DNA of 64,000 nt from Lytechinus pictus (taxonomy: Eukaryota): NCBI RefSeq assembly GCF_037042905.1, contig NC_087245.1:28398001-28462000 (forward strand), read 5' to 3'. The notes beneath the pieces were generated by a model. That model searched no databases. It was not told the DNA's origin and worked only from the letters and a program-made list of their open reading frames with translations. Shown in pieces: positions 39,618 to 53,760 of the stretch (positions within the stretch are counted from its first letter, which is position 1; each line of letters opens with the position of its first letter). The position numbers and the translations under genes are program-made.

Positions 39618-41967
39618 GTTATTTTCCTTATTGGTTTACATTTTGTTGATTTTTCTTTTTTAGTCCCCCTATTGCTTTTAATCATATTTTGTTTTTATTA
39701 TCATATTGTATTTTGTTACTTTCACCAATATTGTATGTTTTTATGATTTAATTCATATGATTTTGTGCTTTTGTCATTATCATGTTTGATTGTATATTGT
39801 ACTTTTTATTTTTTTGTGTGTATGGACCCCTACGAAAAACAGAATTTGCTGATAGAGTGTTCCATCCCACTAGTGGAAAATAAATATATACATAATACAT
39901 AAAAAAATAAATGATATGAATGTAACTTACATCTGGTACATATCTCGAGGTGAGGTGAGTCATTGGCCGGTCTGCTTGAAGTTTGCCACGATTTTGTCGG
40001 AAAGAGTCCGCTCCCAGTACATGCCCGCCAAAAATTACATAGATTGCAGCTTTCTCCTATAGGCCTATGCAGGCGCGGATCCAAGATTTCGTGGGGAGGG
40101 GGGCCCAAATTTGACCTGATTTTTGGCGCCCATGTGTACTTTTCGAAAAATGGCGCCCCCTCCCTCCCGGCCAAGCTAACTTAAATGTAACTTAAATGTA
40201 TTTTGAATTATCTTATTACATAATCACATTTTAAAAAAAGGCAATTAAAGACCACTTTTTTAATGTGTTCTTGATAAAAAAATCCATGAATATATAATGT
40301 AATATCAATGGGAGCGCGAAGCGCGAGCGATTTTTGGGGGTCTCAATTTGGTTTAACTTCTCACCAGAGTAGGCCCTACTAGAATATTGTGTGAACGGGA
40401 GCTGCAGTTTCTTTACTAGTTGTTTAGAATAGCCTTCAATAATATCAATGTTAACCTCTTGGGAATAATGCAATCTCGAAGCAATCGACTCAATCTCCTC
40501 ACCAGCGGCGAAGCTGTGATTTATTCAGCAGGGTTGCACGGGGGGGGGGGGGGCTTGTTGAACTTTTGTAGAGGGCACCAAGATAACAAAATAAAAATAA
40601 AATGGGGGGGGGAAAAGTTAAAGAAATTCCTAAATGTTATTCTTAAAAACACATTGAGGTATCTCACAAGGCCTAAATAAATAATGATAACGCGAAGCGC
40701 GATATATTTGACATAATATTTGGAAAATAACATTATATTTCACCATAATCCCTTTCCTTTTCTCTCTTTTTTTTCTTAATCGTGATTTTTTTTTTTTTTT
40801 TTTTTTTGGGGGGGGGGCAAAACACCCATGTCCTAACAGTCATTTCCTATCTTTACTTTATAAACAACATTAATGTGCAATAATCTCATAAGCCCTATGC
40901 GAGATTAAAAAATAATTAAATTTCATGTATTTTGACCTGAAAATTGAACACACTGGGCAATGTTTGTAAACCTGAACAAGATGCGTATGTAACTAGATAA
41001 TTACTACGAGCGCGAAGCGCGAGCAGAAATTTTTAATGTGCGTTCTGGCCTGGTCGAAAAGGGACCTGTTAAGGAAGTTTTGAATTAGCCATTAAGACGA
41101 TTCATATTTCAACGATTAAATAATGCGAGCGCGAAGCGCGAGCTGAACATTTTTGATTTTCCAACCTAAAAAATTAGATTTCAAACCCCCAACGGGACAC
41201 TCGATTCATGTTTTGTCACTCATGAAAAATGATGGGTAGTTTTTTGTATCTTCCTACATTAATAATGCGAGCGCAAAGCGCGAGCTGGAAAATTTTTGAT
41301 ATTCTGATCTGAAACTGAATAATTTTAGCACGTTTTTAATAAGATCAAGATGCGTATCTCAATAAACATGCGTGCACGTGTTTTAGAGTTAGACAGAATC
41401 TGGGCATTCTGAATACATTTAATTTTTCATCATGAAAATCAATAATGCGAGCGCGGATCGCGAGCTGGAAATAATATATGAAATTCCGATATGAAATGGG
41501 TTAATTTAAGCAATATTTAAAGCACTGTGTATATAGGGGAATTGTGAAGTGGATGTGGAAAGCACTTAATAAATGATGCGGGCGAAGCGCGAGCTGATAT
41601 TTTATTATTATTTTAAACTAGGATCGAGACATTTTAGGCCTAAGGACATTTTGTCATTATATAAAAATGATGCCTATCTTCTATTCCTCTTCCTAAAACT
41701 TGTCGATATATTTTTCTGAAAAAGGGACAATTTAGTTATGAATTCATAAAAAATTATATTTCATATTTATTAATCTAATAAGCCTAATGAGTGCGTGAAA
41801 TTTGTTGACAGTGCATGAGGCCTGAAAAACTGGATATTTTATATTTTTTGTACTCATGAACAGCATTCATGGGTTGATACATTTATAGCAAATAATGCGA
41901 GCGCAAATCGCGATCCGAAATTTTTTAATGGGGGGAATTCAGTAGTTTGTTATAGAATATATAGGTA

Positions 41968-43650
41968 CAGTGGCGTACCGTGGGTCACGGCATGGGGGGG
42001 GGGCACCACCACAAATTTGGTGTCACTTAGGGAGCGCGCTCAGTTGCCAGGTATGCTGACCTAATAGAGAAATTTTAAGGACATGCAATGCCATTATACG
42101 GATAAGTATCTCACTGATTAAATAATACGAGCGCGAAGCGCGAGCTGAAAATTGTTGATATTCAGACCTAAAAGGGACATTATAAGCACATTTTTGTAAT
42201 CGTGATACGTACCTGTCTCGCTAAACAAACAATGCGAGCGCGAAGCGCAAGCTGAAATTTTTGTATATATTGACCCCAAACAGGGACATTTTAAGGACTA
42301 TATTTTAGGTATCCATTATTAGAGTATAAATATATCAGCATAGTCATCTAAGGATAGTGGCATCCTTTGCTGATTTTGTTAGAATTACATCTAAACATAT
42401 GAAGCACTTTTTGTAGTCATTGTAATCATGATTATCATACGCATCTCACTAATCAAATACTGCGAGCGCGAAGCGCGAGCTGAAAATTTATGAAATTCAG
42501 ACCTGAAGAGGGGCATTCTAAGGCTTGTTTGTAAAAATTCACTAAGTCCTTACGTATTTCACTAACCAAATGATGCGAGCGCGAAGCGCGAGCTAAAAAA
42601 TTTTGATATTCAGATCAGAAAAATTGACATTTTAAGGACTGATTTTAGGAATTCATGAAGAGCAGAAATCTCACCAATCAACTAATGCGAACGTTAGCAC
42701 GGACAGGAAATGTTTTATATTAAGACTTTAAAATTGGGAAATTACTTTAAATGGGAATGAAACCTTTGAAATAAATAGGCTTGTGTCGAAACAGAAAAAT
42801 CAAAGAATAAGAACAAAGAAAGTTTGAGAAAAATCGGATAAATAATAAGAAAGTTATGAGCATTTGAATATTGCAATCACTAGTGCTATGGAGATCCTCC
42901 AATTGGCAATGCGACAAGGATGTGTGATGTCACATGTGAACAACTTTCCTTTTGATGGACTATAGAATACCCTCAAAATGTCTCTTTCTGCTTTTTCTTG
43001 TGGTGATACAAACTTTTAACCATGATGTATTCTTTAAAAATCTGTATTACATGTCCTCCTATAGAAAGAACACATGATCTACTGATGTGATAAAAGCGGC
43101 AATTTAAGTGAAACATATACTAAAGAAATGGGGAGAGTTCACAAGTGACATCACACATCTTTGTCGCATTGCTAATTTGAGGATCTCCATAGCATTAGTG
43201 ATCACAATATTCAAATGCTCATAACTTTCTCATTATTTGTCTGATTTTTCTCAAACTTTCGTTAATCTGTTTCTTTGATTTTTCTGTTTTCACACAAGCT
43301 TTCTTGTTCCAAAGTTTTCATTCTCCTTTAAGTAGTCATGAAAAAGAAGCAAATGTCACTACATAAAACAATAATAACTCGAATTGCGAGGAAATATATT
43401 TGGTGTATATTGATTTGAAAACGGGAGGTTTTAGTACAACAGGATTATACATCTCGTTAAACAGTCTATGCGAGCTACCAGGAACAATGAAGACATAGGC
43501 CCTGAGCAAACTGTTTCATAAAGTCATGAAAAAAAAATGCTTCTTATGTAACATAATTATGAGAAAATATAACATTATAATAAACAATATATATATATTT
43601 TTTTTTGGGGGGGCACGTGCCCACCATGCCCCCTGGTAGTTACGCCACTG
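41968..43650. mobile_element. Nested hAT-like element
   Basis: TIRs CAGTGGCGTA / TACGCCACTG; 8-bp TSD TATAGGTA at 41960-41967 and 43651-43658. Confidence 0.88.
42747..43331. mobile_element. TTAA-flanked MITE nested two levels deep
   Basis: TTAAATGGGAATGAAACCTTTG ... CAAAGTTTTCATTCTCCTTTAA with ~190-bp inverted arms. Confidence 0.82.
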
Positions 43651-44819
43651 TATAGGTATACAGAACTCACCAATCAAAATGCGAGCGCACATCACTAGCT
43701 TATAGGCCTTCCTTTTTGACAATCGAGACACCTGAAAAGGAATATTTTGAGAATCTTATACGAAATACACAAAGATAATAGGTAGGCCTACAACATTTTA
43801 AAGTTTCGCTTAATTTCACAAACCAGTTATATTCACATCCTTGTCGGTATGCAAATTAGGAGACTGATGACATCACTCACTCACTACTTCATTTTGTATT
43901 TTAGTATATGAAATATGAAATATTCCATTTTTCTCCGTTGTCGTGTGAAACAACGATTAACTCCTCCCTGAACATGAGCAATTAGCATTGTTTAATACTA
44001 AATGGTTCAATTAAGTTGGTCCATATTGTAAAATCTGTAAAAAATGAAATATTGTATAATTCTAACAATAAAAAACAAAGGAATTAGTGAGTGAGGGACA
44101 TCATCGACTGTCTCATTTGCATGTCACTGAGTTGTGCATATCACTGTTTTTTGAAAAATAAGCCAAATTTTTTTTTTTAGAAATGTCATAATTTTTTATT
44201 TTACATCTGGTTTTGATGAAACTTTCAGCATAATGCTTGTTTGATTTTTCTCTATTTATTCAAATCAACATTTGTTGGGGTGGATGGACTTGTCCTTTAA
44301 GAAATGAATGCGAACGCGAAGCGCTAGCTGAAAACTTTTAATGATGAAATGAAAAGGACATTTTCAGTTGTTGGATTAAAATATAAAATATTTTCAGCTT
44401 GTGCTTCTCGTTCGCATAAAAAAAACTGTGAGGTCGGGATGCGTATATAACTAAACAGTGATGCGAGCGCGAAGCGCGAGCTAAATTTTTTTATATACTG
44501 ACTTAAGAAGGACTCTTTTAAGGTATAATTCCTATTAATTCCTATTCATTTTAACATTTTAAGGACTTATGTACGTGTGATCGATGGAGAGGATACACAC
44601 TTCACTAATCAAATATTGCGAGCGCGTAGCGCCAGCTGAATTTGATATTAACCCCTTTTCTGACCCTGAACAGGATACCTATATCGCCAAACAAACTTCA
44701 AACTCGAGCACATTGATTTTTGTCTATTATCGTAAAAACGGGATATTTTAAATCAGCCGCATTAATGTAACCTTTTTGGGCAGGAAATAAATTTCACTAT
44801 AAACAGGCAATACGAGCAA

Positions 44820-45900
44820 TGTTGCGCCCCCGGTCGAACATAAATTTGCATGGAGCCCCCTAAATTCAAGGTCAATTTGGCGCCCTCGGTTGAACATGAA
44901 TTTGGCGCCATGTGAAATATCACTTTGCCCTCCACCTTCTGAAACATGTATATGTCGCCTTATGGTCAAACATCAAATTAGCGCTCCCCTAGTTCGAACA
45001 TCAATTTGGCGCCCCGCTAGTTTGAACATCAATTCGGCGCTCCCCTAGTTCGAACATCAATATGGCGTCCCTCCCAGTTCAAACATCAATTTAGCGCCCC
45101 CATCTAGTTCGAAAATTAATTCGCCCCCTCCCCCTTGTTCAAACATCAATTCGGCGCCCCATAGTTCGAACGTCATTTTGGCGCAGCCTAGTTCTAACAT
45201 CAATTTGGCGCCCCCCTCGTTCGAACATCAATTTGGCGCCCCAAGTTCGAATATCAATTCGGCGCCCCCTAGTTCAAACACCAATGTGGTGCCCCTAGTT
45301 CAAACATCAATTCGGCGCCCCCCCCCTAGTTCGAGTATCAATTCGGCGCCCCTACATGTAGGTCGATCATCAATTCGCCCCCCCCCCCCCGTTCGAACAT
45401 CAATTCGACCCCCAGTTCTAACATCGTTTTGGCATCCCTTCGAACTCAATTTGGCTTCCCTAGTTCGAATATCATTTCGCCCCCCTAGCTCGAGTATCAA
45501 TTTGGCGCCCCCTAGTTCGAACATCGATTCGGCGCCCCCCTAGTTTGAGTATCAGTTTGGCGCCCCCTAGCTCGAACATCGATTCGCCCCCCCCCCCTAG
45601 TTCGAGTATCAATTTGGGGCCCCCAGTTCGAACATCATTTTAACATCCCTTCGAACATCATTTTGGCGCCCTCCTAGATCGAATATCAATTCGGCGCCCC
45701 TACATGTAGGTCCAACATCAATTTGGCGCCCCTAGTTCGAATATCATTTCGGCCCCCCTAGCTCAAGTATCAATTTAGCGCCCCCTAGTTCCAACATCAA
45801 TTTGGCGCCTCTACGTCGAACATCAATTCGGCCCCCAGTTCGAACATCATTTTGACATTCATTCGAACATCATTTCGGCGCCCTTTTGGTTCGAACATCA
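44820..45900. repeat. ~30-bp minisatellite (TAGTTCGAACATCAATTTGGCGCCCCC)
   Basis: Roughly 30 degenerate tandem units. Confidence 0.92.
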
Positions 45901-46875
45901 TTTTCTTTCCTCCTCTTCCTCTTTTTTTCTTCTCGTCCTTCCCCTCTTCCTCTCCCCTCTTCTTCTTTTCTTTCCCCCCGTTCTGTCTCTTTTTTCTTCT
46001 CTTCTTTCTTCCCACTTCCTCTTTCTCCTTTTCCTTTTCCCCTCTTCCTCTCTCTTTTCCCCCTCTTCTTTCCCCTCTTCCTCTTTTTTCTCCCCCTCCC
46101 CCTCCCTTTTCTTCTCTTCTTTCTTCCCTCTTCCTCTTTCTCCTTTTCCTTTTGCCCTCTTCCTCTCTCTTCCCCCCTCTTCTTTCCCCTCTTCCTCTTT
46201 TTTCTCCCCCTCCCCCTCCCTTTCCTTCTCTTCCTTCCCCCTCTTCCTCTTTTTTCTCTTTCTTTCCCCTCTTCTCCTTTTTTTTCTTTTATTTCCCCCT
46301 CTTTCTTTTTCTTCTTTTCTTTCCCCTCTCTTTTTTTCTCTTCTTTCCTCTCTTTCCTTTTCTTTTCCCCTCTTCCTCTTTTTTCTTCCCCCTCTCCCTC
46401 CCCCTCCCTTTTCTTCTCTTCCTCTTTTTTTCTCCTTTTCTTTCCTCTTTTTCCTCTCTCTCTTTTTCTTCTCTTCCTTTCCCCCTTCCCCTCTCTCTCT
46501 TTTTTTCTCCTTTTCCTTTCCCTCTCTTTTTCCTTCTCTTTCTTTCCCCTTTTCCTCTCCCTTTTCCTTTCCCCTCTTCCCTTTTTCTTCTTTTCTTTCC
46601 CCCTTTCCTCTCTCTTTTTTCTCCTCTTCCTCCTTCCCCCTCTTCCTCTCTCTTTTCCCCTCTTCTTTTCCCCTTTCTCTCTCTTGTCTTCTTTCCTCCT
46701 TCTTCCTCTCTCTTTTTTTCTCCTATTCCTTTCCCCCTCTCCCTCTCTCCTTTCCTCTTTTCTTTCCCCCTTTTCCTCTCTCTTTTTTCTTCCCTTCTTC
46801 CCCCTCTTCCTTTCTTCTTTTCTTTCCCCTCTTCCCCTCTTTTTTCTCTTTCTTTCCCTCTTTTCTTTTTTTTTA
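45901..46875. repeat. ~975-bp polypyrimidine (CT/GA) island
   Basis: Almost only C and T on the + strand. Confidence 0.97.
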
Positions 46876-49467
46876 GCCGAAGGGGGGGAGGGGGCCAAGG
46901 CCCCCTCGGCCCCCCCCCCCATGGATCCGCGCCTGGGCCTATGTAGCGAAGTGTCTGGCGTATCTAACGTCTTTTGGAAATAGATCACCCAGAGTGGAAC
47001 AAGATTTATGATCAGCATAGGGAATGTCAATGGTAATTGTACACAGTCTTGACAGTTGGCTGAAGACTTTCTCGCTGGAACACTGAGTTGCATGGGCTTA
47101 CACGTACTCACCCAATACGTCTTTAATCAATCCAGGCATTCCCATTGATGCTTTTTATAAAGTAGTCTGGACTCTGGGGTGAGCAATTATAATCATTCCC
47201 CATGGAAGCTTACATCCATTTGACTTTAACTGATTTCTCTCATTTCATCTTTAAACCCTTCTGAATACAATCTCATTAAAATTCTCTGAGCTACTCTACT
47301 ACTCTCATATATACAAAATTCCCATTAAAATTACTTCTTTTATTCTACTCCCGAACCATCTTTACAAATTAATTTCCCAAACTGAACATCATCCACAGCT
47401 AGAGGCTACATTTTCAATCACATACAAAACAAACAGTATTAAGTACCCTACAAAGATCTGAAGTTCATTAACTTGGTTACCAGCGAAACCGAATTCTTTT
47501 CTTGAATGCTAGCATTAACTCTCCCATCCAATCTTAACTAAGCCAGTCAACTTAACCCTATATACACTATAAAAATATTGTGTAAAATTGCTCCATGGTG
47601 GTAATTATGTGTCCAACCAACATTGGGCATTTTTATTTATTCAGTGTGATGACTGAAAATTGTGCCCATTCTAAATAACCATACTGGCTTCCCGCATTGA
47701 GTAAAATACTGCCCCACATTGATTGGGCACATATTATTTGTGATGCCCGGGCACCAAGTCCCTGGGAAGCGGGGGGGGGGGGGGGGGGGGGGGCGGTCGG
47801 GGAGTGCTGAAGCACCCCAAAAATATAGTTGGGGATTCTGCGTGTACTATTTTTCATAGGCAGCAACCCCAGGTATTCTGAAAGATATGTAAAATTGGGG
47901 AAAAAGGTAACCAAAAAGACCTTCATTTTTGTAGTGAAACCCCCTTATTTTTGCTTTTCAACTTTACATCAGCACCCCCAGTCAAAAATCGTTCCCAGGG
48001 CCCTGCCGCCTGCCGGGCACACGGTTACGAAACTACGCAACAATATGTAAGTACATGTCAGACCAAAAATAAAAACGTGATATGTACAAAGTCAATACAA
48101 AATCTCTTTCATCTAAAATTCACAAATGAGTGAACATTCTCACTTGATTGTCAATAATCATTTAATATTATAATATTTATGACTGAAATAATGTCACCGA
48201 TGATATTTGTCGAAAAAAAATAAAAGATTGAAAAAACAAAGAACTAAATAAGAAAAATCATTTAATTAGCGCAATTTTTGGCTTGTAGTTGTTAGGAAGG
48301 CCACAAAAGAATATTTTTACTAAAAAATAGCTTTCTAGGAGTGAATTACAGCAATAAGTATGATGAATAAATAATTCATATAAAAAGAAATATATGATAA
48401 CAGAATGGGTTACTAATTGTTCGAAAAATTGACTTTAGGCAAACAGCTTTTCATGAAACGACCCGGCCTGGCTGGTTTTGACAGTGGATGTGGTTTGCTC
48501 TTCATGAGCTATTTTTGGTCTTGGTGTACATATTCTCCTGATTGAATTTACTTGAAGAAAAGTAATGTACTGAATTTAATTTCTTGACATTTTCAGCCCA
48601 TTCCATGTTTACGAAGTGGTTTATACGGTATTTTAAAAAAGATGAATTAAACTATAAAGACACTGAAAAGTAATTTTTTAATGTAAATCACCAAATTTAC
48701 CTGTTTTTTTTTGGGGGGGAGGATTAATTTGAGTTTCCATTTAAAAGTTGTGTATGGTTGGTGGAAAGGAAAGTAGGTGCAATTGACTGTCCATGTACTT
48801 ATGACCGATGTAATGAGAGACAAATATCTAGGGGTCTAATTTCGATACATTTCACTTACTAAGAATTGTAATGGCACCCTAAATTGATGTTTTGTCAATA
48901 GTTTATTTTAAATTTGGAATGTGAATGAGTACATATATATGTATTATTCAAATTAATTCAATTCAATTGAAAAATGATTCATTAAAACATGGCTGAATAA
49001 AAACATGTGTAGAATTTACAATAACAGAATGATAATTTAAAGTACAAACATGAAATGATATAGATGTAAATTGACATTTAGTTTATTCATACTTGTACAA
49101 ATGTAAATGAATTATAAATCAAGAATGATATATTATGTATGTATTTTGTAATTTATTTTGTACATAATTACACGGTAACCAATTATCAGCTGTAGAAGGT
49201 TGCAATGTAATGCAAAGTAAAATAAATATGAAAGGAGAAGATTTGCTTATGTTCTTTTCATTTGTGTATTGAACAGGAGTAAATAAATAACCTAAAAATT
49301 GTTTGAAGGTTTGCATGGTGGTGTAAACAGTCATGGAAATGGTTTACGGTACACCATCTGTAAAGTCCTGGCAAGGACAAAGAGAAGTGGATAGAGGTAG
49401 AAGTGAATTAGAGAGGAAAGAAAGTGAAGATTGGAAAGTAGAGATCTTTCAGAAGGTAAACCAGAAA

Positions 49468-49730
49468 AAATAATAATATAGGATATGTATAGCGCAAGCA
49501 TCCACCTTGCTAGGTGCTAAATGCGCTTCTATATTACCCCGGCTAAGCTAGCCTACCGATTCCAGTGCGCACAGCTTTTTGAGGAATTACTTCCTGCCGG
49601 TGCCCATTTACATCACCTGGGTTAAGTGCAGCACAATGTTGGTAAATTTCTTGCTGAATGAAGGAAAACATGGCTTGGAATCGAACCCACGTCCTTCAGA
49701 TTGAAAGACGAGTCTAGACCACGACGCCCC
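49468..49730 (-). mobile_element. tRNA-derived SINE
   Basis: Minus-strand head GGGCGTCGTGGTCTAG...GGGTTCGATTCC, body ACCCAGGTGATGTAAATGGGCACC, TAT-rich tail; related copies at about 59680-59945, 62520-62620 and 51430-51560. Confidence 0.75.
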
Positions 49731-52700
49731 CACAAAAGGTTGATGATACGTAGGAGGCAAGATGAGAGGCTTTCAGAGTAGAAGGCTGGCTTGGATTGGA
49801 GAGGTGAGGGAGGCTTACCTTGGAGAGATGAGAAGACTAGATTGATTTGGCGAGTGGAGCTGAAGAAGATGAGAACACTTAAGTTTCGGGCAGGTTGACT
49901 GTCTTCAGGAAATTGAGGTTACAGTGAGTTTTTATTCAGCCAAAGCCAAAGGGCCAACACAAGTGGGCGCGCTTTCACTTTGCACATCCATATAGTTTAG
50001 TATACAACATCAAAGAATCATCAATTTTAACAACACACTGGTGCTAGCCAAGCATGCAGGGCTGTAGCTAATGGGGGTGTCGGGGTGTAACACCTCCCCC
50101 CCCCCCCACTCCACAGGTATCACCTATAAATCTGTGCTCCTGTTATGAAAATGAAGAAAAGGGACGAGGGGAAAAATGAATGAAGGGGGAAACGGGAAAG
50201 AAAATTGGAAAGAAGAAAAAGAAGGAAAAAGAGAAGAAATGGGCAAAGAGGAAAAAGCAAAATAAAACAAAAATGAAGGCAAGGACTAACAAAAAAAAAA
50301 AGAGAAGTAGACATGCCAGGCTTTTGAATGGATGCATGGTCATTGCATGAAGGGCATAATAATATTGTATTAATTTCACAAAAAACTGTAGTACAAATGA
50401 AAACCTCCAATCAGTTATGTCAGAAGATTCAGTGATTATAAATCATCCAATCATTGTAAAATCTCAAATGAACCCAATGAAACATACAGTATAATGACAA
50501 GATGAATGCAATTTTGAGCTTATAATGCATTGTTTAATTTATTGCAAAATATGTGAATGATTTTCTTTTCATTGTTTTATCTTCAATAGATAAATAAATG
50601 AAAATAATAATATATTCAATACATCATAATAAACATTGAGGTAAATCAATGTACAAATAAATATTTAAAAAGACTTTAATTATAAAAAAAACAAAATTTG
50701 TTCTTCATACAATTTATTTTGGAAAATAAGTTGCTTACATTACACATTTATATTCAATCAACGAAATACATAGACATAGACATGTGAACTGTTATCAACT
50801 ACCACCTATTGTGAGAGACGACTGAAAGGTTAACTTTTCAACATTAAAGCCTGACTTTAGCTTTAAAAGGGTCAACAATGTGATAGTTTCATCCAACATG
50901 CCAGTTTTAAAGAAGTGTAGCAGCTGTTTAATCTTTCAAATGATTCTCTGTTTGGGGTACCCCAAGTCGAAGCTGAAGACGGTCTTTAAACATTAAACAA
51001 GGGAGAGAATCACTTTGGGGAAACAGGTGGGAGAAAGGGGGGATATAATATTAAAAAAAAAACATATTGCACATTTCACCTTCTTTTTCTTTGGTCTAAA
51101 CATGGAATCAATGCTTTGATCCATGGTTAAAAAAAAAGTATATATATATGATCAGTTGGTCATCGGAAAGAACTGGATAGATTGGAATGGATAAGTACAG
51201 TACATTAACAAAATACTTGCGATGTATGGATTCTGACATTGTACAATGTTCACAGTTAGCTTTCACTGCAATAAAGACTTTCCACATTCCTGTATATACT
51301 AGATTCTTGCATCATGCTGAGACATTCAGTAAACCATATACTGTAAATCGACAAAAAAAACTTAATATAGAATTTTCAGTTTTTTTCACTGTAGTCTTCA
51401 ATTCTAACATAATACTACATAAATACTTGCTTGAATAGGACTTGACACTTACTTGACCTAATCTCCCTAGCATATTGTGGATAAATTTGATGAGATTTGG
51501 ATGAGATTTGAACCCACAATCCTCTGTTTTAAAGTCTGGAGACTAATCCAATGGGCCACAATGGGGAAGAGGGGAGAGGGAGGAGGGCTTTCAAAGAACA
51601 AAAAAGCGCCTTCAATGGATTATGCAATGTTGGTGTGTTGCTACATCAGTGCGGAAATTACCTTTTATTAGGTATACTTGAAGCACCCAATTAGAAATTA
51701 CCATTAAAAAACAGCACCCACACTGAATTGTACTATATTTATAATGCTAAAACTTCAATGTCACTGTATAAAGCCCCACCTAGTTATACCACTCTACTGT
51801 CATTACACGCTCAGACACCCATATAAACATGAAACAATTTATTGGCCCTTATTTCGTAAAGCTAAATTTTGTTATATAATAACACTCCTATCATTACCAC
51901 TCGAGACAAAAATCCATTGTAGAGCAGCTACTTGTATACAGATTTCTTTTACTGTTGTTTTACTGTTAATATATTCTTCTTGTGTCCGCACACTCTACAA
52001 ACTGAACCAGTCTAAAACACACAATTATTTCAGTATATTACATATGCTCGCCAAAGTCCTCAGCCCAAGTTTCCTCGGGCATAGGGCTCTATGATTGAAA
52101 TTGCAGTCTTGTCTTAACCCATTTGTGAAGAAAATGTCTATTTCTCTTGAATAAACTGTAAATACTGTTCTCCTCCTCTGACTTATCTTCAATCTATCCC
52201 CAGTTTTCTGTTATAAATAAACAGGACAAATTTGATGGAATTCGGGAAGAACACTGAATTCAAAGAATTTTCAGGCCAAAAAATTTGAACAGCGAAAAAT
52301 ACAGTGAGAGTCGTGAAAATCAAACGCAAAATCCAATTAAACAAAATTGTGCATCGGTGGGTTTGTCAATCAAACCTGTTTTGCAGAGTGCAAAGAATTT
52401 TCTGCATACTACAGTGCAAGTATGTCACTCTGCAGAGAACACACAATTTCAAACTGAAAAACACATAATTTGCAATTAAAAAAATATATATATAGTCTGC
52501 ATGTCCAAAAACAAAAATAAAAGCACTGACTTGAATATCACAAGCCTCTGAATTGGGCAATGTCATTGGTGCAGCACTTGCTTCAAAATTAGATAAACAT
52601 ATTCTTCTATTCTGAAAGTCAACACTGAAATATATATACATGTAAATTATAAGCAATATTGTTTAGTATTCTGGCACATTTTAAAGAAAGACAAATTCTT

Positions 52701-53577
52701 GTGGAAGCAAATAAAATGGAAGAACAGGATTGCAGAGTAAGTTTGGTTTATATTATGTAAATTTACATGAATTCTTGTCTTCTCTTCCTAAAATGGTGAA
52801 TGATGTACGTATTTTACACACGACTTGACGAAAGCCGAATAAGGTACTCATTTGATGCTCATTAAACAACTTGAGGTTACTTAATCGCCTACTTAAAACT
52901 CAAAGCATTTTCAGACCACAAAATGCAAAACATGTGTTAGCATCTTCTAAGTCAAATTTCACGTACACCAACTTTTAAAGAAAATAGACGAGTACATACC
53001 TTTACATCAAACATAAACAATCACAAAATTTGTGCTGAAATGCCTATATACATCATAAGTACATGAGTATAATACAGCTGAATTTATAAACTAATAAAGA
53101 CAAATTCAAACAAACAAAAATTCATATATTTCTCTTTATTTCAAGAGGATGTTCATGACTATTGCACATTTACATATAAAGCAAGAATATATTATTGTCA
53201 ATGAATTATTAAACATAATTTTTTTTCTTTCAAGGCGGGTTAGATACAAGAATATGTAAAGCCATCTTTCATTCAAATATTGCTAATAAATCACAAAAGC
53301 ATCAAATTTAAGTATTTTGACCATCAAATCTACCGGTTTTAGATTATAAACAGTACTATGAATACATTGCATCAGGATTATCTATGAGGTTAGCCTGACA
53401 TCAACAATATTAAAGCCATTTCATAGTTAGCCCTAGAGCAACTTTTGCAGATGACCTTTCCCTTTTTTTCAAATGGAAAGGTATTCAATAATTGTTAATT
53501 CTTAAAAGAAGATATTACGTACTTTCCCGGTATGCCAATCGGCAATATTCAACTTTAATAAAGGAACCACTGTACAG

Positions 53578-53760
53578 GCCAGGTGGGAGTTTAATAGAGC
53601 GGTTCATAAGTTACGAGCAACTTTACGAACGACTGGTGATCCTTTCCTGTGGAAATGATATACACCAGATTTTCATTGGTAGTCACGTAATTCCAAAGAA
53701 AGGATCACCAGTTGTTTGTAAAGTCTCTCTGAACTTACGAACAGGTTTATGAAACACATA
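53578..53760. mobile_element. Palindromic MITE in the presumed DENND3 3' UTR
   Basis: Inverted arms CTTTACGAACGACTGGTGATCCTTT / AAAGGATCACCAGTTGTTTGTAAAG. Confidence 0.6.

Larger units (their letters stand above)
40070..46935. mobile_element. 6.9-kb non-autonomous hAT-like element
   Basis: TIRs CAGGCGCGGATCCA / TGGATCCGCGCCTG; 8-bp TSD GGCCTATG at 40062-40069 and 46936-46943; empty site in the paralog near 4968. Confidence 0.9.
38600..48400 (+). repeat. Gene-less copy of the Trf duplication unit (3' flank then 5' flank), interrupted by two insertions
   Basis: 38600-40069 and 46936-47104 match 4098-5136; 47105-48400 matches 1-1300; no Trf coding sequence follows. Confidence 0.92.

Noticed and set aside
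44820..45900. Regular ~30-bp repeats resembling a CRISPR array
   Set aside because: Head-to-tail degenerate units with no unique spacers, eukaryotic context and no cas genes; a minisatellite.
45852..47111. Three long ORFs (364-413 aa) rich in F/S/L/P or K/R/E/G
   Set aside because: They arise from the stop-free pyrimidine/purine tract inside a transposon and are not credible proteins.
50120..50410. Phe/Leu-rich minus-strand ORFs
   Set aside because: Low-complexity purine tract, probably within a repeat fragment.
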